64,000 bases of DNA, from assembly GCA_026023565.1 (NCBI GenBank), contig JAPETS010000015.1, positions 434,001 to 498,000 of the forward strand, given 5' to 3'. Positions 40,613 through 52,838 of this stretch are shown in pieces. The DNA is from Cirrosporium novae-zelandiae (Eukaryota). Under the pieces are notes generated by a model. The model was not told the origin of the DNA. It searched no databases and saw nothing but the letters and a program-made list of their open reading frames with translations. The first letter of the stretch is position 1; each line of letters starts with the position of its first letter. Position numbers and translations under genes: made by a program.

Positions 40613-43600
40613 AACTTCATAGTAAAATAAAAAGATTAAAAAAGATAAAAAAGAAGATCATACGATGTCTACAGATTATTCACGACCAGACAATTGGAGG
40701 CTAAGCCCGACAAAGGTATGCTGAGGGAAGGTTGAAGGGTGAGCATCTCGCCAGGAAGGCCAGGAAAGCCAGGAAAGCCTCCCGGTGAACTCTCAAGTGA
40801 AGATGGCACAGATGCACAGATGGCACAAGATGGAATGGATGGAATGGAAATATCAGGGACCGGCAAAGAAGAAGAAAGTTGAAAGGCCGAAAAGCGAAAT
40901 GAGGGAAGGTTAGTCTTAGCTGACTTTTTTTTTGTGTCTTTTCCTGTCTTTTGTCTTTTTGCTGCGACTTCCCTCCCTTTTTGCGAACGGCTTCCTTCCG
41001 GTCCATCCAGCCATTGGTACCAACATCACCAATCAAACAGCTGTTGCGATGTGGTGGTGCAATTCTTCTTCTTGCGGTGTCTACCGTCCTCTTTGGTTAC
41101 TAGTTCTCTTGGGTTCACTTGATTTACTTGGTTCTCTGACTATACCTACACAGTATAGTGGTACCTTTACCCTACAAGGCGGAATATACGGATACACGGG
41201 GGATAATCCAATAGTGGGTCCATCTTGACCCTACACTATGGGTGATAGTGGTGGCTTGTGTCCTGTGTTGGGGCGTGGCATAGGGATGGGAAGACATGAG
41301 GCATGAGAGGCGATTAGATTGGACTTGAAAGGATTTTGAGGCTGCTTTTGCGAAACAAGGAAATTAAAGTTACGAAAGACTGTTAGGTATCTGTCGGTAT
41401 CTGTAAGTATCTGTAATTGGGTGTAAAGTAACGAGGGGAAGGATGGTTACCGAGGGACAAGCCACAGATGTCAACAATCTCTTCAGGTTGGCGGAGGCTT
41501 TACTTAAGGAAGATTGGTACAAGGTACATGATAGTTTTTGGCACTTTTGGCATCCCTTTTGGCTTTTTGGCACCTACTACTTTCTAACCGAACCCCCCCG
41601 GACAAAACATCCGGGCCAAATGTCCTAAGTAGCCATACACCATACAGTACTTTTCGAATACTCATAGACGTTGCTCTCCTGCACGGAAAGCCAAAGTTAA
41701 TTCATGTACTGAGCGAGCAATCACGAATTTACGAACGTATACATGGTGACATCTCTTGATGCTTTTGAAGCCCTAGAAGTATATTCTACTCCAACTCTAC
41801 TCAACTCCCTTTCCGCAGCCCAGAATGCCTTCCATGCGTAGATCTCTCTCTACGGTTGGATGGAGGTTTAGGAACTCGCCGTTGCATTCTTCTTGTGTTC
41901 CAAGCTTGTCCCAGATATCTCATATCCCTTCCAACCACGAGCTAGAAATGCCACCCGAAACAAGCCACAATTGACAAGTATCCGTACTCCTTATCAGTCA
42001 GCACGACAGGCATTTGAGGATTTGCAATCCATTTATCCCACCAAGACCGACAAAGTCGACTGCAGTCATCTTTCTACTTAGTTCTGGGGAGTTTTTTTCC
42101 GCCGTCATAATCGAGATCAGACGTACTTTTAGTATTTCAAGGTTCACCCTTAGCCTCGCACGTCCTTGAACTTCAAAGTCAAATGTGTTCCCCGCTGTGT
42201 CCGCTTAGGATGGGACGTTGATGGTTCTCTATACACTAACTCTCCACTAACTGCGTCCATTAGCCATCTGCCGGTAATACACCAACGCTATACTGTCAGT
42301 GCCGGTATTAAGTATTTCAAACCGGTATGGGCTGAAACCTTGTTGGTTCCCAAAATTATCTGCCGTGACTAGTAGGTGAGCAACGTACCTCTTTTCTCGA
42401 AGAGTACTTTGCTCTCCCACCCTACCAAGAAAAATACCTCCTTTAATTGAATTGTTTTATGACTTTGGATAGGAAAATCTTGGACCATACAAAGTAAATC
42501 ATAACGTCTTTCATTTAGGGAGATAATATGATGGGTAGCATATATTATTGGAAGATCTGTGCAGAATCTATCCAAAAAAAACAATATCTCTCAGTCTTTC
42601 CCAAGGACATTGCTTGACTTTGACAACAGTTTATTCATCCAACCAGATCGACGAGGATCTTCTCAACCTCGAGAAGGCTAAAGAGCCAAGCTTTTACCAA
42701 GCCCATCCATGGCGCTCTCGACTTCAATCCTCGCCTTAATGATCTCCATTTACTGTCCCAAATGAGTCGGATAAATTTTTATGTAGCTACTGAATCATTC
42801 TATCTCTTTTATACTGGAGCTACTGGAACTATATGTATACGCATATATCTCGTGATTTGGTTTTAAGATACAGAAAGACCGAGACTTGAGAGAGGTGTGA
42901 AAAGATTTGAGGGATAAAGAGCCGAGGGTAGCCAAGAGCTGTTAACAATTACCGTGAAGCATAGGCTGTAGTGTAATCTGTTCTTAGAACTATGAAGAAT
43001 TTTTGGCAGTTAAAGCCACAAACACAATTTCGGTTGGAGATGGAGACGTTCTACAGAAACGATTACTACGTCACTGATAGCAATCAGGAAATTAGACAGG
43101 GTGCACGATTAGACGTAGAAGAAAAAAGTAGGAAGAGTCGAAAGATGGAAGAAGGAAGAAGGACTAAGATGAAATTTGAGGAGAAGTGGAGGCCCTTGGT
43201 GGCCGTGTGGATACCACAGCACCGAGTAGTTAAGCGGTTAGTCCTCTTTTTCTATCGTCCCTTTTTTAACATTTTTTTACATCCCAGGATGAAAAGGCGC
43301 AAAAGGCGCGAAAGATTACCAGGGTCCAAGGGTCTATTAGGGTTTGAAGCAGAAGCCACATTTTCCTTTTTAGGAGCAAGAGGACAAAAGAGAGAGGGAC
43401 GTTGGAGGTAAGAGGAGTGGGCACGGTAGGGACTTTGGACAGAGTGGGTAATTGGGTAATGGGTACGTTTGTGCGATCTTCTGCCACAATCTCGATCTGG
43501 GGTTGTTGTGTGTCTTAGTCAGTTGGGATTTAGACCAATGCTTGTTCATTATTCGTCAGGTAAATTCTCCAATCTCCAGGGGTCGTAAAGTCAGCAGAAA

Positions 43601-45987
43601 AGCAAAAAAGCAAAAAAAGCACAAGCCTCATCAACCCATCCCTATGGAGTTAAAGGAGCTACAGTAGCCTTGTTAAATGAGTGTTAATGAAGTGTTAATG
43701 TTCAAGCCCAAACAAAAGCCGTGCCTTCCGAGGTCTTTTTGATTTTTTTTGATTCTCTCAGATCGAGATCTCACTATCATTTTCTCTCCCATGTGCGATT
43801 CTTTGAATCTTTTTTCCAACATTTCCCCTGCCAAACCTGTTGCCTACTACCTGCCAATTCCTCTTTGAGTATGGCGTGTGTTACGATCCACCAGCTATGA
43901 AAGTGGTCTCTGTCCAAGTACGCCCCATTGCTTCTTGCTCTCTTTTCTATCAGCATTGTCGTATTGTCGCATTGTCGCAATATCGATACGTCGTCGATAC
44001 GTCAATACGTCGGTGTACCTTACCTGCCTTACCTACCTTGCCTGCATGTACTTTGTATTGTACCACTTACCTGCATCATCGTATCCCCAAATATCCCAGC
44101 AGACTGGATCTAATCATCGTCGACCAGCTGACCCTGAGAAATCCAACCCCCACGCGCATGCTCAATGATAGGTATTGTCATATTTTACACGTGGAGCCAA
44201 TCGACAACAATCGCAGCCACATCCACCGCCTTTCCTGCCACAGCGCGCCATACCTGTACAGGAGGTCAGGGACAGCCGCAGCTCGACACTTTCTGACAGA
44301 TTCAAGGGCACAACAGCACAAGTTATTCATAATGAATTCAGGAAATTTTGTAAACTAGAACCCTTGCTGTCATTGCTTCTATACACTTGTTTTCACCGTA
44401 AACTGTCAAAGGAGCTTTGTCGGATTTTGGTCATAGTTAGCTGGCCTACCGTCTCTGCCACTCCTGGGTTATATATCGGTTCTCTCTTCGTGAACCACCG
44501 AACGACGTGTCCAGCAATTGCAAACCTACCAGGTGTCTACCAACAGCATATAATCAGCCATGCCAACTGGGTTGTGAATGCTCCATCTTTAGTCCTGGAT
44601 TTTTAGAATAACTCTATATTTCCTGACTAAAATGGTGATTCCACACAAATCTATCCACTAGACCATCTCATTAATTAGGACCCTAGTGACCTATTTTGTT
44701 TAGGAAGATCTAATCAAAGGAAGATTTTAAGTAAGTTTGCGAGATCGAGATCTCGGACATCCGTAGTCTGGTATGTCTGGTTGCGTCACAAATTTCTCCG
44801 CTTAGGATCTGTGCTTTTTTTTTTTGAAATTTCCCTACTTAGCATGGATGGATTAGCGTATATATGTTGAATACGAGAATATCACTAGAGTAGCCGGAGG
44901 TTTTGAAAGATGTTAAGACTCCCTCCAAGTGGATGCTACACCTTCGATCAAGATTCGAGCATCTCCATGATGTGCAGGAGACGGGAACTCTCTAACAGCC
45001 CTAAAAGATTGTCTTGAATGGCCCTGAAACTCAGAACCATAATGGCGTCGGTATATTATCAAGCCATTAATACAACAAGATTTTATGAGATGATCTGAGA
45101 TCATATCAAAGTTCCATCGTCTTCCTAACTCACCACTAATCTGAGCCAAGCGTTGACTTTTTTTCCTTCTTAAACATACCCACCCACTCCATCAATCATG
45201 GTTTTCTTTTGAGAAATATTTTCTCTCACCAACTACTGAAGCGGTGAGACTTGGTCCAATGTGATATGAGATGGCTATATCTTACCAAGCCTTCATTCAT
45301 CTATCTTTTTCCCCTTGTCTTTTTATATCTTGAGAAAATTAGCAGTTGACCAGATGGCATATCAGTTCCTCTCTACAGCCAATAACAACACTTACATATG
45401 TATTTAGGGTAGTTATAATCCAAGAATGAAGGACGGGAGTATGCTAAATCGCTCATTATATTAGCTAACTTGCTTTAGTTATGTTATAATTCTTTCTTCT
45501 GCCATTGACATAGGACAAGCTCAAACCGATAGCAGTATAAATCCACCCGATTTCTCGGACAAAACCGAGGCCGCTATCAATGTTATGGTGTATAGATGGA
45601 TAGAGACGACCGCACAAAAGCCTTTTATATATTATCAAGTCTATCAAGAAGCAAAAGAAAAGCCCCCCGGGCAGGGGATTCTGCTAATTCATAGGACGAC
45701 AATCAGATCATTCCGGTCCGAGTACTTTGCATTCTATTTGGGGATCTACAGAAAATATCCAATGCATAGCCAACTATGTACCATCAAGTAACTATGTTTA
45801 GATGGTATAAGATGATGATAAAATGCCGCCAAACCAATAACCCGCTCCTAGTTTAGTAATGGATTCTCCCAATCGTATTCACGACTTCTCTCGAGCTCTC
45901 GCTACTAATCTAACCTCAAGATATAATTTATTTATACATTGCAGGAATCTCATCCTCTGTCTTGGTCCCTCAGCAATAACGAGTTTA

Positions 45988-47682
45988 TCAGAATGGGGGG
46001 GTTGCTCCTTCGGGCTTTCTGGCATAATATACCCATCTAGCGCTAGTCAAATGGTGTTCATGCCACTTGCACAGGAACACTTACATTGGCAAATATATTT
46101 CTCCCCTTGCCTCCCTTAACTCTTTTCTCGGCTCGACAAGATAAATCTCAACCTGGGCTCGGGACCAACCCAACACTTTCGTAAACAGAGCCAAGCTCAT
46201 ACCGGGCAAACCAGCATACATATCTCTGGCAGAAAGGATCCCTATTTTTTTCCACTTTTTTTCATCCTCTGTCCTAGCCTCCTTCTCATGTGGCCACCCC
46301 ATCCCTGCCTTGATAAGATCCTTATGTATGTCTACGAAGCCCGCAGCTTCGAGGTGCTTCTCTAGAATATCCGTCTCCGAGAGAATGCCTAGCCTCGCAA
46401 GACCGGCGGCCATTTTTTGACTCCATTCAATCATCGGGCTATGTTTGTCGGATTCCTTGTCAAAAAGTTCGAAGGGAAAGTGGAACTCTTCGAGCTCCAC
46501 CCAACCACCAGGTTTTAATTTTCTACACAAATTCAATTTTCAGCTGATCTGTAGATGGAGATGTGGGGAGCTTCTGCTTAATAAAGGTGCCGCACTGATA
46601 GCTTTGTTCAATCAACCTTTTCCAGTTCGCCATGCCTGCAGTAATTGCGCGACTGTGAACGATGTCGAGGGAATCATCATCCCAGGTCCAGCTTTCATTG
46701 ATATCGTCAACAATGAAAGAGCAGTTGGGAGCGGTCCTTCCCCTCCTTTGGTCAACAGATCATGAATGCGATGCTGATTTATTTCCTTACCACTGTGGTT
46801 GGATTGGACTAAGATTGTCAGCTAGCCGGAGAGCCCGATGAGTGCTATACAATTCCTACCTCAAATCAATACCCATAACTTCCGCCGAAGGGTAATTATC
46901 CGCCTAGGACCATTAGTTGGCCGAAGATAATACTAGAATTCATCTCACCATCTCTAAGGCCCATTTTCCGGTTCCAGTTCCAAGATCGACCACGCGCTGG
47001 ATATCATCAGTGATTGGAGCCCTCAGAAGCTTCCCATCAAAAATTAGATCCCATATCTCATGCTGGAGGTCTTTGCGGCAGGTTAATTCCGGTTCAAGGC
47101 GTTGGGTAGTACAAAAATACCTAATCTATCCTGCTCATCCTATAGCGGTAAATTTTTCGGTCAGCACAAAACTATTTAATGAATCGCACAAGAGCATATG
47201 CATTTGTAACAGGTCAACTCAATTTAAGTAAAGATAAGTTCAAACCTCCAACTTGAGGAGTGAAGCTTGAATTGGGACGGTTAGAAACCTAAGTAAGGTG
47301 GACGGTAGATTAATTCGTGAACAAGAACATCTCTTTGCAAAATTTCAAAATATTGCGGAATGGAATCATAAATTACACGAGGAAGCTTTACCTCATCATT
47401 TGGAAACATGTAAGCTTCGCTCCAATTAGCTTTCTATTGCTTTGATTCCGACAGCAAGGCAGCACTTGCGATTATCTTCAAAGGCATGGTACCTCCGCCC
47501 ATACTCCTCACGATAGTGCAAAACACTTGAGTTTAAGGATGCCGTAGAGCTAAGAGGTTCTTCTCCCAGAGCTGAGTCTACCTCGTAGTCTTCCTACGAG
47601 ATTAGTAAATAGCCATGTTGGTGGCATGTTCCTAATTGGATTAAAAAGGTTCAAAAAGACTAACGCTTTCGTTGGATGTCAT
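45988..47682 (-). CDS. Class I SAM-dependent methyltransferase, LaeA-like family, 10 exons
   Basis: Manual splice gives YREEYGRRYHAF..YMFPNDE|DEQDRL|DLQHEIW..RVVDLGTGTGKWALEM|ADNYPSAEVMGIDL|SPIQPQW..KLKPGGWVEL..WVYYARKPE; stop at 45988-45990. Confidence 0.9.
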
Positions 47683-48481
47683 AAGGAAGAATATATGCAG
47701 TCGAATGAGATTGAGAATGACTACTGCGTTCTTACTCGCCCAAGTCACAGAATTTGAAGGAAAAAAAAGAATAGTTGCAAATTGTTAAGTGGTTCAAGAT
47801 AGGGAATAAAGATAAAAGTAGCGCTTGCATGGGCAAACATGATAGGAGTCGATTGGCTTATCTACTATACAGGCCGGTCTCTGAGACCTAAGGGCCCAAG
47901 AATGATTTAGAAGATTTAGAGGTCATTAGTAGCAAATGAGGGATCTTCTCCGTATAATGGACTGATCGGAGGGGCAATGAAATGGGAAACAATTACTTGC
48001 ACCGTTTTGCGGATAATTTGAGGTTAATCGGAACGGTGGGAGATCCAATTGGTGTACTTTTTAAATGATGTGGTTTGGTGAAGCTTTTTTCAGTGATTAC
48101 GATTACTAGGGTACAGTAAGTCGGGGTGTGAACAGACACGTGCATTGATCCTATTTGGTCCCGTTGCTATCCGACAACCGTTTTGTTTTTGGGCAGCTCT
48201 TCTTCTTTCAACACTTGAACTTACTTACTTTATGTTCCTACCTACCTAGCTATAGTCAATGCAAATACTTCTCTACTCTAGAACATCTCCCATCTTATAT
48301 CTTGCAATCAGCCTTGTCTGTTAATTTGCACTACCATTCATTTACTTGGGCGGGCGCCCCCCCCGACCATTGTTATTCTCTAAAGCCCTTCTCAATAAAC
48401 AAACCGTTATTTACACCTCTACTTCAGCCTATCATACAATTCTTCTTAAAGTAGGATCTGCACAAGGGCTTACATCCAACC

Positions 48482-51293
48482 ATGTTATCCAGAGTCGGTC
48501 ATCGAAAGTCAAGCCGCAACATTACTCCTCCAAAGCCTTCGTATATGTCGGATGAGCAACTGGGTCAGTTGCCCTTCTCTTTCCCAACGATGTCTCTATA
48601 TTCTCGTTCTTTATATGAGTTATTATCATCACTCCACTATGAATTGTGTTCCGGGCTAACAGGTTCTTTGATTAGCTGCGTATCTCGCCGACCTACGTAC
48701 TAATCGACCTCGTCGTCCAAATGGCTCGAGACCTCTGCCTCCGAAAAACGCGACAGCCGCCAGGGCTATTGCAGATGAACTCCCTCCCAGGGCACCTTCT
48801 GCCATGTCAATATCTCGATCATCGCAATCGGATAGTATAGGCGAGGTTGATCTGCCACCTCGAGCTTCAAGTGCAATGTCCCACCACCGGACAAGAACAT
48901 CAATTTCATCGCCATCGGCAGGACACCCACTTGTGCAGCAACCCCACCATAGCCCCGAAAGAGATTTTTCCACCGCTACAAATGCAAGTGTAAAGTCAAA
49001 GTGGTCCTATCGGGAAAGCGGTCAAAGGTGGATGGAGAAACAAGAAGCTCAGTCATTAAGGGAAGCACTTGAGAAAATGGATGTCAAGGAGGACGAGAAG
49101 TTGCACGCTGCGGCTCAAGATGAAGCCTCGGAGCTTGTGTGGAAGCATATGCACCCAGAAGCCGCCGAACAGGAAATATATGCACCCTATTCTTATCAAG
49201 GCTCCACTGGGAGGGGCAGCCATGGAAGAACTAAGAGTGTTGGACCTGGTATTTATCCTAGTACCACATCCCATAAGAGTGTAAGACAAAGCCATCGCTC
49301 AGCTTCAGACAGTTCTACTGCATCTTCAACTCATGAGAAAGGTAGCTCCCAAGGAACTGGATCATCTAGTGGGACTTCACAGTTCGATACAGAGCCTTTA
49401 GGAGGAGACAGAGTATCAGACAAACCAAAGACTAAGTCACTTTCCCGCTCTTCAATTGCGATGCCGCCAAGTGCTCTTCGCCGAAAGAGCAGTAATGGTA
49501 GCAGTGACCGCCGTTCAGTTAGGATTAGTTTAGATGGCCCAAGGGGTCTGTTTAGAAATCCTACCGATCACATATATGAAGAGCCGGAAGAAGTCAACAA
49601 CGAGAATAGTGATCCTAACTCGAAGCGAAGCGCATTTTCAACCCCTTCGAAATCGAGATCTCGCAAATCTGTCCCACGTGTTCAATTTGCTAAGGAAAGC
49701 CTCGTTCGATCATCAACGGAGCCTATAAAGGGACCAAGTAGGTTCTTTAAGACAGAGATCTACAAGAATCCACCTTCTAAATCTAGAGATCCAGGTTACA
49801 CATCAAATCCTTCAACCCCCACGCCTCCACCATCTGCTGGAAAAACTGAAGGAGATGTTTATGATGAAAATGGCAATAAGATTTTTAAGGATGGTATTGA
49901 AGTAAGGAGTGACGACATTCGCGCAGCTACGAGTATGAAATTGAAGGATAGGAGTCCAAAACTTCCAATGCCCACTGCCGTTAGTGACAGACCGGGACGA
50001 CCTATAGTCAGCTTTGACCCCTACTGGAAGGCCCAGGAAGAGAAGGTACTGGAATTGGAGGAGAGTAGAAATCAACCATCTGATCATGGGAGTCCTTCTC
50101 GAAGCCAATCTCGACCAGTGTCAAGTAAACCCCCCCTGCAGCACGATACAATGTCTGCACCCACCGTCCCTACAATTAATACACCCAGTTCAGATTCTAG
50201 AATACCAGTGGTCAAGATTCCTGATCAAGGGAGCACCGTACCATCTATAAACGTGTCTGGAACTCCCTCCATCTCAGTATCAAACTCTTCAGCTCCCTCG
50301 ATTAACGCTCCATCCTCCAAACGCCCGCTGCCAAATCCGCGAGCATCTAAAGGTTATAATAGGCGGCCTCTCCCTCAGCATTCTGCAACCGCTCCTACCC
50401 CATCAACCATGTCTCGTTGGACACCGTCCATACGCCGTCCAACAGCTCAATGTGCTGCTTGTGCTTTACCAATTGCTGGTCGTATCCTTACAGCTGCCAA
50501 TTACCGTTTTCACCCTGAGTGTTTCGCTTGCTACCACTGCGGAGAAGGCCTCGAATGTGTTGCCTTCTACCCTGAACCAGATAACAAACGTGCTGAACGA
50601 CTTGGTCGTATACATGCACGAGCAAAGGGCCAGGCTTTGGAAGAGAAAGAGGGGCAAACAGCTGACGACGATGGTGATGATGGACCAAGATTCTATTGTC
50701 ATTTGGACTTCCACGAATTTTTTAGTCCAAGGTGTAAGAGCTGTGGAACACCAATCGAAGGGGAGGTTGTGGTTGCTTGTGGAGCTGGGTATCATGTTGG
50801 TCACTTCTTCTGTGCAGAGTGTGGAGATGTAAGTCTTCTTTATTTCTCAAGCTATATGACCACTAGCGACTTTAGACGACTAACACTATCCTCTCCATCT
50901 AGCCTTTTGATTCCAAAACCCCTTTCGTCGAAAAGGATGGCTATGCTTGGTGCGTGAACTGCCACACCCGTAGATATTCTACCAAATGCCGGAAATGTCG
51001 TCGGCCTGTAACAGACACGGTTGTCAAGGCCCTGGGATCTGAATGGCATCAAGATTGTTTCGTTTGCATGGTAGGTTATTCGATCCTACTCTCTTGAATC
51101 CCTTCCCATACCTTGTCTTCTTATCATACTATAATAAGCATCCTCGTTGTTGCTCCCTATTATACCTAAAGCTGACTACTTTGCTCTTCGGTAGGAATGT
51201 GGAGGCGGCTTTGACGACGGTAAATTCTTCCTTCGAGGAGAACAGCAAAATCCAGTATGTGTCAAATGCGAGGAGCAAAGATTGAAAGCATAG
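48482..51293 (+). CDS. LIM-domain protein (paxillin-like), 4 exons
   Basis: Long S/P-rich N-terminus followed by three LIM domains (CAAC..HPECFACYHC..YCHLD; CKSC..HVGHFFCAEC..WCVNC; CRKC..HQDCFVCMEC..CVKC). Confidence 0.9.
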
Positions 51294-52838
51294 CTGGTGC
51301 ATGGAGTTAAGATTGGATCAAGGTCATTATTGATCCCGATGCCGTAATACTTTTTCGATACTCACTTTGGGCTTCTTCCTGGGTTTGTGATTCTGGATTG
51401 CCGTTAGGAGTTGTTGGGCTTCAGAGTTGTGAATGTAATTACGAGTTTCCTTCACTTTGATCAAGATAGAAGATTTTCTCACCGTGCATCATGCATGAAT
51501 TCCTACACACATGATTCAAAAAAAAAAGCCGTCCTGTGTATGCATGCCTGCATGCAGATTTCTTACTTCACTCCTAACCCCAAGAATAGCGACGCCTAAA
51601 CGCCTGGGCCCCTAACCGAACACCGATACCTCGACCCCGACCCCCCAGGGAGCAAAGTTAACCCGAAGTGTTTAGTCAAGCGTCATAGCGCCCAATCAGA
51701 ATAGACGCCGTAATTAAGCGTCCAAGCACCGACTCCCCGAGGCTAGGATTAGGCGCTTTGCCATTGATGTCCATGGCTAATTCGGCCTACAGTACAAAGC
51801 AATATGCACCACGAGACCCGGATGCATATTGTGAATTATGAGAATGGAGCAGCGGTGAGAGGGGAGTGAGAACGGTGGTAGGTCTGGATTGGATTGGGTC
51901 TTGGGGGGGAAGGAAGGGGCATAAATATGGCGAACTCCCCCACCCAAATATTCTGATTTCCTTCTTTCTTCGGGCATATCCTACAAGGAGTTTTTATCTT
52001 TTTGGCGCTTCCTTTTTTGCTTGGCTTTGCTTTCTTTCTTGTTTATTTCTTGCTTGCTGTGTTCTCGTTTGGAGTTTGGCGTTTCTCATTTCCTTTTTTT
52101 CCTTCTTATATAACCCCTTACTGATTCATCACTTATATATTATTCATTACCTCATATTAGCTATATATTAATCATCACTTCACATTAGTTCTATATTCAT
52201 TAGTAGCAACAATATAATTGGTACAATCCTCCTCCCCTCCCCTCCCCACTAGGTCAATGAGCGGCCCCTCAAAGCGAGGTCGTTTCAACCCTCTGGAGGA
52301 GGAACATCCTCATTTCTCTTTTACAGTGGTTTTGGCCTTCATGCCCTTCTCTGGCCACGAAAGCTTCGACTTTCATGTGTTTGTCCTGCCGTGGGGGCTT
52401 CGGCCTTCATGCATTGCCCTGGGTCTGAGCTGCCCATACGCAAACGAGTATGTGAGCCTTGGCTTTGGAAATCTTTAGAGTTCCTGACAGAAGGCCAAAG
52501 CCAACAACCAAGAAACTATACACTTCACTAAGAGCCCACCTGGAATTCCATCTAAACGAAAATGACCAGGGACGCCAAGAGTTGAAGATGATGAGTATTT
52601 TGAACTTCCACGAGAAGGGTGAAACAGGTCACTATTACAGCTGTACCCGGATAAGAATCTCTAGTCATCTTTATTTTCCCATTTTAGCGCTTTTGGCCAA
52701 TCTATCCCGATCTCTTCCACTTCATGAGAGATATCTCACCAATGACGAATTCGTTCTGCCTTCGAATTGAGGGTGGAATGTGGTCGAGCCCTTCCCTCAT
52801 ACTTTACTTCTGGAAGCAAATGTCGAGGTCTCCATGAT

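Noticed and set aside
43840..44606. 143-172 aa ORFs in the TF upstream region
   Set aside because: Non-ATG starts, composition driven by short stutter repeats, and no domain signal.
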